DNA of 64,000 nt from an uncultured Pseudomonadota bacterium (GCA_963836235.1 CAWIIP010000002.1:1888001-1952000), one strand, 5' to 3'; numbered from the stretch's first letter, positions 1 through 11,371 are shown. Numbers and translations: made by a program. Notes: generated by a model from the sequence alone, not told the origin.

Positions 1-301
1 CCCCGGACCAAAGTGGCGGGGCCGTCGTCTCCCATATACCAAACCATGCCCCAATCGCTGGGGGAGTCTGTTTCGGAAGGGGCCTTTAGGCGCAAAGAGG
101 GTGAAGCGACATTATCGAAGGAGAGGGAAAAGAAATTCGACATGCGGGATATTCTACTATTGAAACCCCATGAATGTATCTCCAAAATATGCCCTTCCAA
201 AAATCCGAAAGGTAAGGACAAGTCCACTCCGAAAAAATGATTCTTTAAGTCCGGGAGGGGCGTGACCGCCTTTTCCACCCCGGTTCGGAGCCAAAAAAAC
301 C

Positions 302-3300
302 ATGGCAACGCAAGTTTTCCTCGAACATACCACCCGCTACCGCTACGACCGCCCCGTGCGTCTGGGGCCCCACAGCATCCGCCTGAAACCCGCCGCCCAT
401 TGCCGCACCCCCATCTTGTCCTACTCGCTCACCATCATTCCGAAAAAACATTTCCTCAATTGGCAGCAGGACCCCTTCGGCAATTACGTGGCCCGGGTGG
501 TGCTGCCCGAATCCTGCACCGAGTTCGAGGTGACGGTAACCCTTCGGGCCCAGATGGACCCCATCAACCCCTTCGATTTTTTCATCGAAGACGAATATCT
601 CCACTATCCCTTCAAGTACGAAAAAAAACTCGCCCAGGACCTGCGCCCCTACCTGGCGGTGGAGGAAAAGGGGCCGCTCCTGAAAAAATTCGCCAAGAGC
701 TTCGGGCGTAAAAAGCGGCATATGGTGGAAATACTTTCCGAGGTGAACCAGAAGATCAACAAGCAGAGCCGCTACCTGGTGCGGCTGGAACCGGGCGTGC
801 AGACGTCCGAGGAAACGCTCTCCCTGAAAAGCGGTTCCTGCCGGGATATGGCCTGGCTGGCCTGCCAAGCCTTCCGGCATTTGGGTATCGCCTCCCGTTT
901 CGCCTCCGGCTACCTCATTCAACTGGTGGCCGACGAGGAGCCAGTCACCGGCCCCAAGGGCCCGGAAAAAGATTTCACGGATCTGCACGCCTGGGTGGAA
1001 GTCTACCTGCCCGGCGCGGGCTGGGTGGGCCTGGACCCGACCTCGGGCCTTTTCGCCAGCGAGGGCCACATCCCCCTCAGCTGCACGCCGCACCCGACCA
1101 GCGCCGCCCCCATCAGCGGAAGCCTGGAGGATTGCGAAACGGCCATGGAACACAAGATGACCCTGCAACGGGTTCTGGACACGCCCCGCGCCACACTTCC
1201 CTTAAGCGACGGCCAATGGGAATCCATCGACCGGCTGGGAGAGGCGGTGGACGACCGGCTGAACCAATTGGGCGTGGGCCTCACCATGGGCGGGGAACCG
1301 ACCTTCGTGTCGGTGGGCAACCGCGACGATGTCCAATGGCAGACCGGGGCCCTGGGGGCCGAAAAATTGAGGAAGGGATGGGAACTGCTCTCTCGGCTTC
1401 GCCAGCGTTTCTCCCCCGGCTCCCTCGCCCAGGCGGGCCAAGGCAAATGGTACGGCGGCGAACCCCTTCCCCGTTGGTCCCTCAACAGCTTTTGGCGTCC
1501 CGATGGCGAGCCGGTCTGGATGAACGAATCTCTTTTGGCGGACCCCTCGGTTTCCGGCAAGACGCCTCCCAACGCCGCCCGGGCCCTCTTGACCAAGCTG
1601 GCACAGGACCTGGGTGTTTCCCCCTCCCGCATCCAACCCGCTTATGAAGACAACGAGGAAGTCCCTCAGGCGCCCCCCGCCCCCTTGCCCCTGTCCCCCC
1701 AACTTACGGAAGTCACCAAGGCCGCAGGGCCCGATCGAAAAAGGCCCTCGAAAAAAAACAAGGAAGTGTCTTCCCAGCCCGTGGGTTACGTCCTGCCGCT
1801 CAACTGGAGCCTGGCCCAGGCGGGCTGGGCCACCGAGTTGTGGCGTTTCGAGAAGGGCCGCCTGACACTGATCGAGGGGGACTCCCCCCTGGGTTACCGC
1901 CTGTCCCTCAACGACATCCTCAAGGACAAGCCCCTGGAGCCGGTGCCTTTCGCCCGGGATCCCTTTGAGAATCCGGAGCCTCTGCCTCCCTATAAGAAAT
2001 TCGCGGCCGTTCCGCCGAACGAGAATCCAGAGGCCCGGGGCGCGGTTCGCACCGCCCTTTGTGTCCAGGTGCGAGAGGGAAAGCTCCACGTGTTCCTGCC
2101 GCCCCTTTACCAATTGGAGCATTTCCTGGAACTGGTGGCCAAGGTCGAAGCGGCGGCGGCGGCGCTCCACCTCACCGTGGTCCTGGAAGGTTACGAACCT
2201 CCGGCGGACAGCCGCCTCATGTCCTTTCGCATCACGCCGGACCCCGGCGTATTGGAAGTCAATATCCACCCTGCCGCCAGTTGGCCCGCTTTGAGGGATA
2301 ACACCGAAATCATCTATGAGGAAGCCCGACAGATTGGCCTGACCGCCGTGAAGTTCACCGTCAACGGAAGGACCGTGGGAACCGGCGGCGGTAGCCACCT
2401 GGTTCTGGGGGCCGTCCGTCCCGAACTGAGCCCTTTCTTCCGCCAGCCCCGGCTTTTGCCGGCCATGATCGCCTATTGGCAGAGGCACCCCAGCTTGTCC
2501 TATTTCTTCACGACGCTTTTCGTCGGCCCCACCAGCCAGGCGCCGAGGCCCGATGAGGCCCGGCACGATTCACTCTATGAATTGGAAAACGCCATGCGCC
2601 GCATCCCCAAGGAAGGGGACCTGCCCTTTTGGCGGCTCGACCGGCTTTTCCGCCACCTGCTGGTGGACGTCTCCGGCAACACCCACCGCACCGAATTCTG
2701 CATCGACAAGCTTTACGATCCCGGCTCGGGCCGGGGCCGCCAAGGATTGCTGGAATTGCGCGCTTTTGAAATGGCCCCCAATCCCCACATGGCCCTGTTG
2801 CAGCAGCTTCTCGTTCGGGCCCTGGTGGCGCATCTTTACAAAGCGCCGCTCCAATCCAGCCTGGTGCGCTGGGGTACCCGGCTTCACGACCAATTTCTTT
2901 TGCCCTGGTATATGTGGGAGGACCTGTCGCACGTTTTAAACGACTTGCGCCAGGACGGTTTTCCCTTCGACTTGGAATGGTTTCGAGCGCACTATAATTT
3001 CCGCTTTCCCTCCTGCGGGAAAGTCGTGATCGAGGGAGCCGAGCTGGAAATTCGCCCCGCACTGGAGCCCTGGCCGGTGTTGGGCGAAGAAACAGTCGGC
3101 TCCACGGTCAGCCGCGCCATCGACTCTTCCACCGATAGGGTGCAGGTGACCTTGAAAGACGCCCGGCCCGGGCTGGTGCTGGCCTGCAATGGCCGAAGAG
3201 TGCCCCTAATGGCCACCACCACGCCGGGGCTGCAAGTGGCGGGTATCCGCTATAAGGCCTGGGACCAACCCATGTCCCTCTATGGTGACATGCCCGCCGA

Positions 3301-3550
3301 GCCTTATTTGGAATTGGACCTGATCGACCCGGTGAAGGGGATTTCATTGGGGGGCTGCGCCCTTCACAGCGCCCATCCGGGCGGACGCAGTTTCGACCTG
3401 ATGCCGGTCAATGTCGAGGAAGCCGAATCCCGTTGGAAGGCGCGCTTCGAGCCGCACGGCCGCGCCAGCGGCCGAATGGGCCCCCCGCCGGAAGAGCCGA
3501 ATCATGATTTTCCCCACACGCTGGACTTGAGAAGGCCAAGAGTCGTTTAG
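302..3550 (+). CDS. Transglutaminase-family protein (Bact_transglu_N + Transglut_core + DUF2126 amidoligase-like domain)
   Basis: 1082-aa ORF; N-terminal HTTRYRYDRPVRLGPHSIRLKPA; core motifs GSCRD and DLHAWVEVYLPGAGWVGLDPT; DUF2126-type LTMGGEPTFVS, TPDPGVLEVN and GNTHRTEFCIDKLY. Confidence 0.9.
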   Translation: MATQVFLEHTTRYRYDRPVRLGPHSIRLKPAAHCRTPILSYSLTIIPKKHFLNWQQDPFGNYVARVVLPESCTEFEVTVTLRAQMDPINPFDFFIEDEYLHYPFKYEKKLAQDLRPYLAVEEKGPLLKKFAKSFGRKKRHMVEILSEVNQKINKQSRYLVRLEPGVQTSEETLSLKSGSCRDMAWLACQAFRHLGIASRFASGYLIQLVADEEPVTGPKGPEKDFTDLHAWVEVYLPGAGWVGLDPTSGLFASEGHIPLSCTPHPTSAAPISGSLEDCETAMEHKMTLQRVLDTPRATLPLSDGQWESIDRLGEAVDDRLNQLGVGLTMGGEPTFVSVGNRDDVQWQTGALGAEKLRKGWELLSRLRQRFSPGSLAQAGQGKWYGGEPLPRWSLNSFWRPDGEPVWMNESLLADPSVSGKTPPNAARALLTKLAQDLGVSPSRIQPAYEDNEEVPQAPPAPLPLSPQLTEVTKAAGPDRKRPSKKNKEVSSQPVGYVLPLNWSLAQAGWATELWRFEKGRLTLIEGDSPLGYRLSLNDILKDKPLEPVPFARDPFENPEPLPPYKKFAAVPPNENPEARGAVRTALCVQVREGKLHVFLPPLYQLEHFLELVAKVEAAAAALHLTVVLEGYEPPADSRLMSFRITPDPGVLEVNIHPAASWPALRDNTEIIYEEARQIGLTAVKFTVNGRTVGTGGGSHLVLGAVRPELSPFFRQPRLLPAMIAYWQRHPSLSYFFTTLFVGPTSQAPRPDEARHDSLYELENAMRRIPKEGDLPFWRLDRLFRHLLVDVSGNTHRTEFCIDKLYDPGSGRGRQGLLELRAFEMAPNPHMALLQQLLVRALVAHLYKAPLQSSLVRWGTRLHDQFLLPWYMWEDLSHVLNDLRQDGFPFDLEWFRAHYNFRFPSCGKVVIEGAELEIRPALEPWPVLGEETVGSTVSRAIDSSTDRVQVTLKDARPGLVLACNGRRVPLMATTTPGLQVAGIRYKAWDQPMSLYGDMPAEPYLELDLIDPVKGISLGGCALHSAHPGGRSFDLMPVNVEEAESRWKARFEPHGRASGRMGPPPEEPNHDFPHTLDLRRPRVV

Positions 3551-3584
3551 GCCCTTGGTGGTGAAAAGCTATTGCTGGAATTCG

Positions 3585-3779
3585 TTAATTCGCCTGGAAA
3601 CGGCTGATGACGGCTATAAACTCCAGGCTCGCGGGCGTGTAACGGCACAGGGATTCTTCCGGGTTAATTCCGTTGGCGACTTTTTCCAGCCAGCCCTTTT
3701 TAATGAAAGCCTCGACGGCGGACTTGTCGTCGAAAAGGACGGCGGTTTGGGGTTCGTTAATTTCTATTGTTGGATTCAT
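3585..3779 (-). CDS. Small hypothetical protein (64 aa)
   Basis: ATG preceded by GAAGGTG SD-like sequence; no recognisable motif. Confidence 0.4.
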   Translation of the reverse strand: MNPTIEINEPQTAVLFDDKSAVEAFIKKGWLEKVANGINPEESLCRYTPASLEFIAVISRFQAN

Positions 3780-3843
3780 GGTTCACCTTCTTCATAGCGA
3801 TGCTTCAGGGCCAATGTAAGGAGAGAGGTGATGGTCTTCAAGG

Positions 3844-3872
3844 TGTCAGGGCATTTCAAGCAGGCCCTGACA
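3844..3872. terminator. Hairpin downstream of the large surface-protein gene
   Basis: TGTCAGGGC...GCCCTGACA 9-bp inverted repeat. Confidence 0.4.
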
Positions 3873-3884
3873 TAGGGATTTTTT

Positions 3885-6800
3885 CTATCGGATCACATCT
3901 ATTTTTAGGATCTGACGATTAACCACGCCACCCTTGACCGGATCAATAGATTCCACCACCGCCAGGTAGACGCCGCTGGCCACATGGGAAGCGTCCCAGG
4001 AAACAAGGCCGGTTCCGGCGTCGCCGCTACTCACTTGGACCAATTCCCCCGCAAGCGTGTAAATGGACACCTGTAAGGTCAGGCTCAAGGACGAGTTAGT
4101 GTGGAAGGTCGTCGTCATTGATCCCTTGGAAGCGTTCAACACATTGGGCCAAGCCGTCACCACGCCCATCCCGCTGGCCGTATTGCGGTCTTCCACCGAA
4201 ACTTCCTTAATCACTGTGGTTTCCCCGCCGCTCCCGTCCACCGTATGCACCTCCACCAGGTACTGCCCGCTCTGCACGTAGGAGCCGTTGTCGCTGGTCC
4301 CGTTCCATACCATCGTCGTTCCGTTGCTCAGCGTGATCGTCAACTGACTGGGCGCGCCGGGGCTGGGCGCCAGTCCAGGTTCGATGACGGTGGAAGACAG
4401 GTTCACCGAGGCTACCCCCACCTGGCCGGGATCGTCAGTATAGGCATAAAGGTGCTTCACCACTTCCCCCGCCTCGTTATAAATGAGGATGGTCGAGGTA
4501 TAGAGCGTCCGGTTGACCATCACCTCCTGGGTCGTGCTCACCTCGGACCCCAAACTACTGAGGCTGTCCACCTTCACGTAATAGGCCCCATTGGCCGCCA
4601 GGGTTCCACTGGAAGTCGTCCCGTTCCAACTGCCCAGGGGCATACCGTCGTAATAAATCGTCACGGCGTTATTGGGCCCGTTCAGGCTGGTGATGGCGTT
4701 GCTGGACGCAAGCGTGATGTTCTCGACCGGTTGGGATAGTTGTTCCGTCAGGATCGTATCCACCAACTCACCCGCTTCGTTGTAAACCCCGATTTTGACC
4801 GAGTATTGGCCCGTCACCAGCACGCTCACGCTGGCCGTGACGGGAGCCCCTTCCGCATAGATCAATAGGGCGTTATTGGTGATGGTACTTCCGGAGGTCA
4901 GAAGGTTATTCAATTGTGCCTGGTAGACCAGCTGGTAATTCCCAGTCGCAAGGGGCGAGGGTAAAGTCCAAGTCAATAAGCTCCCAGCTGAGCTGGTGGC
5001 GGTTCCAGGCGGGCTGGAGACGAAATCAACAAAGGTTTCACTGGCAGGCAAAGGGTCGTTTACTACTAAGTTCTGGGCGCTGTTGCCCGTAACCACCAAG
5101 TTAAGGGTATAAGTCAAGGTGTTGCCCGATTGGGCCGAGGTGGCGGTAACCTGCTTGTTCATCGAAACCGAAGTCGGGGGTGTGGGAGTGGCGGTGTAAG
5201 TAGGGGTCAATGTCGGGGTAGTGGTTGAAGTGTTGGTCGGGGTCAATGTCGCGGTCCTGGTCGAAGTGTTGGTGGCGCTATTGGTCGCGGTAAAGGTCGC
5301 GGTCGCGGTGCGGCTATTGGTAGGCGAACTGGTGGGAGTGGCGGTAGCCGTGTTGGTGGTCGTGGAAGTGGGGGTATAGGTGGGAGTATCCGTGGCGGTG
5401 TTCGCCAAAGTGTTCGTGGCTGTGGCGGTGGGCGTATTGGTCAAGGAGTTCGTCGGAGTGTTCGTAGCGGTATCCGTGGCGGTATTGGCCAAAGTGTTCG
5501 TCGCCGTGGCGGTGGCCGTATTAGTCGGGGTGCCTGTCGCTGTGTTCGTTGGAGTGTTCGTGGCGCTATTCGCCAGGGTTTCCGTAGGGGTGAAAGTAGC
5601 CGTATTGCTGGGCGTGGCGGTCGAGGTATTAGTCGGGGTATTGGTGGCGGTGTTCGCCAAAGTGTTCGTTGGCGTGTTAGTGGCGGTGGAAGTTGGAGTG
5701 CGGGTGAAGGTATAGGTCGCCGTGTTCGTGAGCGTGCTGGTGGATGTGAAGGTGGGCGTGTTGGTGGGGGTACTGGTCGCTGTGGGCGTAATGACATTGG
5801 TATTGGTCGGGGTCATCGTAATCGTGGCTGTGGCGGTGTTCGTGGGGGTATTGGTAGGTGAAGCGGTTGGGGTTTTCGTCATGGTATTGGTGAGCGTGTT
5901 GGTTTGTGTCGAAGTGGCGGTATTAGTCGGGGTGTTCGTCGCCGTGGGCGTATTGACGAAAGTATTGGTGGGCGTCGTGGTGGGAGTGTTGGTGGCCGTG
6001 GAGGTCGGCGTTTTAGTGGGGGTGATGGTGGCGGTATTGGTGGCCGTATTCGTGAGGGTGTTGGTAATTGTAGGTGTGGGGGTTTTAGTGGGTGTGCTTG
6101 TGGCTGTTGGCGTAATGACGTTGGTGTTCGTCGGCGTCATGGTAATGGTATTGGTAGCCGTGTTCGTGGCCGTGTTCGTGGGAGTTGGGCTTGGCGTACG
6201 GGTCGGGGTGTTGGTGAGCGTGTTGGTGGCCGTAGCGGTATCAGTGTTAGTGGGGGTATTGGTCACCGTATTCGTGGGAGTATTCGTGCGCGTGGGAGTG
6301 GGCGTATTGGTAAGTGTCGGGGTGGCGGTATTGGTCGGAGTATTCGTTACCGTATTGGTAGGGGTATTCGTGCGGGTGGCAGTGGGCGTATTCGTAGCGG
6401 TATTCGTAAGCGTGTTCGCTATTGTGTTGGTAGGTGTAGGGGTCAAAGTATTGGTGGGAGTATTAGTGCGCGTGGGAGTGGGCGTATTCGTAGGGGTATT
6501 CGTGAGAGTGTTGGTGGGCGTGTTTGTATGGGTATAGGTCGGACTAGCGGTGTCCGTGTTGGTGGGGGTGGGGCTGAGGGTATTCGTTGGTGTATTAGTA
6601 GGCGTGTTCGTATGGGTATTGGTCGGCGTGGAAGTGTCCGTATTGGTTACCGTATTAGTGGCCGTGTTCGTGCGAGTGAAGGTGAGGGTTGGGGTGGTTG
6701 AGTTTGTCGGGCTGGGGGTGGGTGTGAGAGTCGGAGTGTTGGTGTTCGTCGGGGTGGGTGTCCGGGTGGGTGTGAAAGTCGGAGTGCGCGTAATGGTATG

Positions 6801-7646
6801 GGTCGGCGTGTTGGTGAAGGTGGGAGTGCCGTTTGGAGTGTTAGTGGGAACCAGGGTTCCTTCCGGCGTCACCGTTGGAGCCGGCGTGACGCAACCGGTA
6901 CAACCATTGGTGCCGATATTAAAGTGGTCCCGGTAGATGTATCCATCCCCCGGAGCCGTGGTGGTGTTAAAACCGTTCGCTCCCCAGGTCCAGGGGACAT
7001 AGTTACCGGGCGAGGACGGATCCGGAAGGGCCCACCAGTCATAACCAAAACCGCTGGTAACGGCGCTGGAATAGGGTGCCGCCCATCCGGAATCGTTATA
7101 ACCCGGGGTCGTCCATCCGGCGTAAACACCCTGCCCGCCCCCTTGCAGGGTAGTGGGCAAGTTGTAGGAACTGCCGTTCGTGTCGTTGAAAACATATTGC
7201 GAAAAGACGCAGGAAGTTCCAGATTCCACGTATTGGGTGCCCAGGGTGCATCCGGCTCCGCCCAAATTCAGGGTCAAGAGCCACATGGAGCCATTCCAGC
7301 CCGTGTCCGAAGCCCAACCGTACACGGTCAGCACGTTATCACAGCCGCTGTTGAAGTAGCTCGAGCAGTTCCCATTGCAAATCGTAAGGGGGGTGGCCTG
7401 ACCCGTTGCGCTATTTCCCGCATCGGCCCCCTCCCAACAGCCAATCCAGTAACAACTCACGGGGGATTGGCCGTTCACGAAAATATAACCCTCGTCATCC
7501 GTCGCCCATTGAAGGGTGGCGCTGATCACGGTGCAGGAGCCGGACTGGGACCAGGCGTGGGAAGGGAAAAGGCAGAGGAAGGCGCCGAGGATCAGGGGGT
7601 AAAAAAACGATTTTCCTTTTACTGCAATTCCGCCGAAAAGATTCAT
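3885..7646 (-). CDS. Large secreted/surface protein: Cys/Trp-rich N-terminal domain, long Thr/Pro/Asn low-complexity stalk, DUF11-like domain, FlgD-Ig-like repeats and a C-terminal sorting-type domain
   Basis: Signal peptide ending SHAWSQS; (TNTPT)n repeats; [20 protein letters not shown]...VVNDPLP (DUF11-like); YNEAGE..V..WNGT...G.Y twice; C-terminal [15 protein letters not shown]. Start placed at ATG 7646 (uncertain). Confidence 0.8.
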   Translation of the reverse strand: MNLFGGIAVKGKSFFYPLILGAFLCLFPSHAWSQSGSCTVISATLQWATDDEGYIFVNGQSPVSCYWIGCWEGADAGNSATGQATPLTICNGNCSSYFNSGCDNVLTVYGWASDTGWNGSMWLLTLNLGGAGCTLGTQYVESGTSCVFSQYVFNDTNGSSYNLPTTLQGGGQGVYAGWTTPGYNDSGWAAPYSSAVTSGFGYDWWALPDPSSPGNYVPWTWGANGFNTTTAPGDGYIYRDHFNIGTNGCTGCVTPAPTVTPEGTLVPTNTPNGTPTFTNTPTHTITRTPTFTPTRTPTPTNTNTPTLTPTPSPTNSTTPTLTFTRTNTATNTVTNTDTSTPTNTHTNTPTNTPTNTLSPTPTNTDTASPTYTHTNTPTNTLTNTPTNTPTPTRTNTPTNTLTPTPTNTIANTLTNTATNTPTATRTNTPTNTVTNTPTNTATPTLTNTPTPTRTNTPTNTVTNTPTNTDTATATNTLTNTPTRTPSPTPTNTATNTATNTITMTPTNTNVITPTATSTPTKTPTPTITNTLTNTATNTATITPTKTPTSTATNTPTTTPTNTFVNTPTATNTPTNTATSTQTNTLTNTMTKTPTASPTNTPTNTATATITMTPTNTNVITPTATSTPTNTPTFTSTSTLTNTATYTFTRTPTSTATNTPTNTLANTATNTPTNTSTATPSNTATFTPTETLANSATNTPTNTATGTPTNTATATATNTLANTATDTATNTPTNSLTNTPTATATNTLANTATDTPTYTPTSTTTNTATATPTSSPTNSRTATATFTATNSATNTSTRTATLTPTNTSTTTPTLTPTYTATPTPPTSVSMNKQVTATSAQSGNTLTYTLNLVVTGNSAQNLVVNDPLPASETFVDFVSSPPGTATSSAGSLLTWTLPSPLATGNYQLVYQAQLNNLLTSGSTITNNALLIYAEGAPVTASVSVLVTGQYSVKIGVYNEAGELVDTILTEQLSQPVENITLASSNAITSLNGPNNAVTIYYDGMPLGSWNGTTSSGTLAANGAYYVKVDSLSSLGSEVSTTQEVMVNRTLYTSTILIYNEAGEVVKHLYAYTDDPGQVGVASVNLSSTVIEPGLAPSPGAPSQLTITLSNGTTMVWNGTSDNGSYVQSGQYLVEVHTVDGSGGETTVIKEVSVEDRNTASGMGVVTAWPNVLNASKGSMTTTFHTNSSLSLTLQVSIYTLAGELVQVSSGDAGTGLVSWDASHVASGVYLAVVESIDPVKGGVVNRQILKIDVIR

Positions 7647-7886
7647 GAAGGCCTTCGTCCTAATTTTTGGAAATGATGGAAAGGAAAAAGGTAGGGAAAG
7701 AGGATTTTTCGAAAAGGATTTTTGAACGGATTCCCATAACAGCGCCACCTGAAAGCGGTTTCTTTGATGGGATAAAGTTACACCTTTAGGAGGATGTGGT
7801 ATTTCACTATTGAATCATCTGGATGGTATTTTTGACGCATAACTTAAAGACTTAAACACTCCTGAAACAGTCCAAGGATGGTACCG

Positions 7887-9698
7887 TCAGGCGCCAGAGG
7901 CGTTGCGGAACTGCTGGGGAGTCCCGCGGTTTTTCTTTTTGAAGGCCCGGATGAAATAACCGCTGGAGGAAAATCCGCATTCCTGGGCGATTCGCGCGAC
8001 GCTGAGCCGGCTGGCCCGAAGCAGGCTTTTGGCTTCCGCGAGCCTTACCTGCTGGACGTACTCGTTGAATCCCATTCCCATCCATTTCCGGGCGTAACGG
8101 TGAAGGGAGGCGCGGGAAAACCCCATTTGGCGGGCCGCCTGGCCAGCCGTCAGGGGCGACCGGAAATGCCCCGCCACGTAGGCCTTCAAATCCTTCACGG
8201 TGGCGGCCATTTCGGCGGTGGAAGGCTTCAGCGCGAATTTAAGGAATACCCCGAGAGCATCCTTGAAGGCGGCGATCAGGTCGTGGGTCGCGCGCGATTT
8301 TTCCAAACGGGAAATCCAATCGCCCAACAGCCCGGAAAGCCTGCCGGAGGGCAGCAGTAATTTCCTTTCCAATTGGGCGCCGTAGAGGGAAAGGGTGCAG
8401 ATCAGGTGTACCCGCGCCAGGTCCGCCCGCCCGGCGCTGTGGTGGATGACGTCGTGGATATATTGGTCCAGGGCGGCGGCTTTTTCCGCCTTCGAATCCT
8501 TGAGGAACGCCTCGGTCAAACCCTGGGCATCGGGCCAGGGCGTCCCCTGCGAGGGTGGATGGCTTTCCGAAGCGGCGATCTCATCGTAGGAAAACTGTTT
8601 TTTATTTTGATGAATGGCCCACTGCAGGGCCAGCAGGGCCTCCTGGCGGGAAGCGTTCAGCCCATCCCCCTCGAACCGGACGGATCCGATGCCGATGAGG
8701 GCCTGGGTGTGAAAGATTCTTCCCATCTTTTCGGAGAGGGAGCGGGCTTTTTCCATTAATTGCAATTTGGCTTGGGTTGGGTTGGCGCCCGGCCGGGGCG
8801 AGGTGAGAAAGACCAAGCCTTCGTCCCCCAAGGGAAAGGCGACGGTCTCACCCAGGCGTTGGGCCAGGAAAAAGCCCTCCCGCTCCAGGTGCTTTTGGCG
8901 GATCATACTGTCCACATCGTCCAGGCCGCGGCCCCGCTCATCCACCAGCAGGAGGGCCATGGCCACCGTCGGCATCCGCCTCATTTTGGTGACGGTGATG
9001 TCGTTCTGGCCGAAACGCTTGTCCGGCCAGGGTTGGTCCGATCCCTGGATATCCAATCCCAGCGCCTTGCGGGGCCATTCCACGTTCAGTTTCCATTTCG
9101 TGAAGACCTTGTGGTTGAGTTCGGTCGCCCGCGAGATGATTTCCTCCGGATTCCCCTCGCCCGATATCAGGGAAGCTACCATCCCGAGCAGTTCCAGGTG
9201 CGCCCGGGCTTGGGGTCCGTCCAAAAGCGGCATGTTCACAGCGTTGAAGACGAAACCCTTGAAGTCCGGGTCTTCGGGGGGAGGAAATTTGCCGGTCCAT
9301 GATTTCCATTGCTGTTCCAACTGCCTTCGTTTGGGAATGTCTTTCAGGGAAAATCCAGACGTGATAAAAGCCACACACTTTCCCCCGCTTAAAACCGGGA
9401 CGAAATAATTGTAAAAGCCCGAAAAGCGGGTACAGACCGGGCGTTTGTCCGCTATCAAACGCCTGAAATTAATCTGGTTGTAATGGTCGTGGTCCTGCCC
9501 GAACCGGTTCTCATAGTTCACGATTCCAAAATTCTTGGGGGGAGGCTGAAGGCAAAGCCATTGGTTCGGTTTGTCCTTCGTCACCAAAAAACAGGACATT
9601 TCGGTGTAGTAGCGGAAGTTATTGAATATGGCCTCAAAAGCCCGGAAAGTTTGGACCGTGGGCGAGGCAAAATCCCCAAAAGAATGGCCTTGGCTCAT
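7887..9698 (-). CDS. AraC-family transcriptional regulator with N-terminal PocR-like sensor domain
   Basis: C-terminal AraC double HTH (GFNEYVQQVRLAEAKSLL...IAQECGFSSSGYFIRAFKK...TPQQFR); N-terminal C..F.G.YNYFVPV...G resembles PocR. Confidence 0.85.
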   Translation of the reverse strand: MSQGHSFGDFASPTVQTFRAFEAIFNNFRYYTEMSCFLVTKDKPNQWLCLQPPPKNFGIVNYENRFGQDHDHYNQINFRRLIADKRPVCTRFSGFYNYFVPVLSGGKCVAFITSGFSLKDIPKRRQLEQQWKSWTGKFPPPEDPDFKGFVFNAVNMPLLDGPQARAHLELLGMVASLISGEGNPEEIISRATELNHKVFTKWKLNVEWPRKALGLDIQGSDQPWPDKRFGQNDITVTKMRRMPTVAMALLLVDERGRGLDDVDSMIRQKHLEREGFFLAQRLGETVAFPLGDEGLVFLTSPRPGANPTQAKLQLMEKARSLSEKMGRIFHTQALIGIGSVRFEGDGLNASRQEALLALQWAIHQNKKQFSYDEIAASESHPPSQGTPWPDAQGLTEAFLKDSKAEKAAALDQYIHDVIHHSAGRADLARVHLICTLSLYGAQLERKLLLPSGRLSGLLGDWISRLEKSRATHDLIAAFKDALGVFLKFALKPSTAEMAATVKDLKAYVAGHFRSPLTAGQAARQMGFSRASLHRYARKWMGMGFNEYVQQVRLAEAKSLLRASRLSVARIAQECGFSSSGYFIRAFKKKNRGTPQQFRNASGA

Positions 9699-9764
9699 TC
9701 TTTTATTATGTGATGAATCGCGGGCAGGGGCAATGTGGTTGCCCGGTAAAAGGGAGGAGCCCTT

Positions 9765-10808
9765 CTATTTCAACGAGGCGATGTCGATCACGAAGCGGTA
9801 TTTCACGTCCCCCTTGAGCATGCGCTCGTAGGCCTCGTTGATCTTCTGCATGGGAATCACTTCCACGTCGGAGGTGATACCTTTCTCGCCGCAGAAATCC
9901 AGCATCTCCTGGGTTTCCTTGATGCCCCCGATGAGCGACCCGGCCAGGCTCTTGCGGCCCATCAAAAGGGGGAAGATCCCCAGGGGCACTGGCTCCGGCG
10001 GGGCCCCGACCTGCACCATGGCCCCGTCTTTTTGAAGCAGCGTCAGGAAAGCCGTCACGTCGAATTTGGCCGAGACCGTTCCCAGGATGAACTTGAACTT
10101 CCCGGCGTTCTGCGTGAAGGTTTCGGGTGACTTGCTGTTGAGGAAATGTTTCGCGCCCAACTTCAGGGCATCGTCTTTCTTGTTGTCCGAGGTGGAGATC
10201 ACCGTTACGTCCGCGCCCATGGCCGCGGCAAGTTTCACCCCCATATGGCCCAAGCCCCCCAGCCCCACCACCGCCACCGCGTCCCCCGCCTTCACCTTCC
10301 AATGCTTCAGGGGCGAATAGGTGGTGATACCGGCGCAAAGAAGCGGCGCGGCCTTGTCCAAGGGAAGGTTCTTCGGGATATGCAAAACGAACTTCTCGTC
10401 CACCACCACGCGGGTGGAATAGCCCCCGTAGGTCGGGGTCTTGCCGTCGGCTTCCATGCCGTTGTAGGTAAAATTTCCTTTGGCGCAATACTGCTCTTCC
10501 CCGTCACGGCAGGTTTGGCATTCGCCGCAGGATCCCACCAAACAGCCCACCCCTACCGGGTCCCCGGCCTTGAAGCCCTTCACCGAGGCCCCCACTTGCA
10601 GTACCTTGCCCACGATCTCGTGGCCCGGCACCACCGGGAACATGGTGAAACCCCATTCGTTGCGGGCGAAATGGATGTCGGTGTGGCAGACCCCACAGTA
10701 GAGGATGTCGATCACCACATCCTTGGGCCCCGGCTCCCGGCGCTGGATATCCCAGGGTGCGAGCGGGCTGGCGGAATTTTGGGCGGCAAAGGCTTTGATG
10801 GTTGTCAT
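9765..10808 (-). CDS. Zn-dependent NAD(P)H alcohol dehydrogenase (cinnamyl-ADH/YahK type)
   Basis: CGVCHTD, PGHEIVG, four-Cys structural Zn motif, APLLCAGITTYSPL, GLGGLGHMG, YRFVIDI. Confidence 0.95.
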   Translation of the reverse strand: MTTIKAFAAQNSASPLAPWDIQRREPGPKDVVIDILYCGVCHTDIHFARNEWGFTMFPVVPGHEIVGKVLQVGASVKGFKAGDPVGVGCLVGSCGECQTCRDGEEQYCAKGNFTYNGMEADGKTPTYGGYSTRVVVDEKFVLHIPKNLPLDKAAPLLCAGITTYSPLKHWKVKAGDAVAVVGLGGLGHMGVKLAAAMGADVTVISTSDNKKDDALKLGAKHFLNSKSPETFTQNAGKFKFILGTVSAKFDVTAFLTLLQKDGAMVQVGAPPEPVPLGIFPLLMGRKSLAGSLIGGIKETQEMLDFCGEKGITSDVEVIPMQKINEAYERMLKGDVKYRFVIDIASLK

Positions 10809-10987
10809 AAGAATCCTCCTGGGGTTTGGTTCAACCGCCTGAAACTACTCCAGAGCCGGGGAAAATAGCAATGGACTTACCAGGAAGTAACAAGAGGGCC
10901 CCTGTGCTGAGCCCCACAAGGCGAGGCACAAGCCTTGGGTGTGCCAGGTCCATAGTTATTATAAGGACCTGGTAGCGGCATGAGCTT

Positions 10988-11371
10988 TTAGGCTTTTCGC
11001 GGAAAAGCCTTATTCGAGAAATAGTACGAAGCCGACATGAGGATCAAAACGGTGAAGGGAATCGGGGCATGGGCGTAGTCCCCGGCGAGTAAATGGGACG
11101 CGGTCGCGCCCAGAAACATGAAGGTATAACCGGCGTAGGCCCACTCTTTCATCAGCGGAATCCGGCCCGTTAAGATCGCCAAAGCTCCCAGGATTTTCGA
11201 GGCCCCCAAAATTTTCATCAGATAAAGAGGATATCCCAATAGCTTAAAAGTTTGGATCACGGCCTCCGGGCCAGTCGAGAAAAGCTCAAAAACTCCCGAA
11301 CCCGCCGTGGGCAAAAGAAACAAAATCGTAAAAATCCAGAATAGGGTTTTATTCATCTTATTGGTTGACAC
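10988..11371 (-). CDS. DoxX-family membrane protein
   Basis: LGYPLYLMKILGASKILG and KEWAYAGYTF...ASHL motifs of DoxX_2; about 4 TM helices. Confidence 0.85.
   Translation of the reverse strand: MSTNKMNKTLFWIFTILFLLPTAGSGVFELFSTGPEAVIQTFKLLGYPLYLMKILGASKILGALAILTGRIPLMKEWAYAGYTFMFLGATASHLLAGDYAHAPIPFTVLILMSASYYFSNKAFPRKA

Noticed and set aside
245-2566. Long antisense ORFs over the transglutaminase gene (similar ones overlie maeA, cusA, dnaX and metH)
   Set aside because: Typical GC-rich codon-bias shadows with no motifs
5170-6890. Highly repetitive DNA as a possible CRISPR array or satellite
   Set aside because: Codon-level low complexity within one open frame; no fixed repeat-spacer structure
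5380-6936. Val/Gly-rich ORFs on the + strand
   Set aside because: Antisense shadows of the Thr/Pro/Asn repeat coding region
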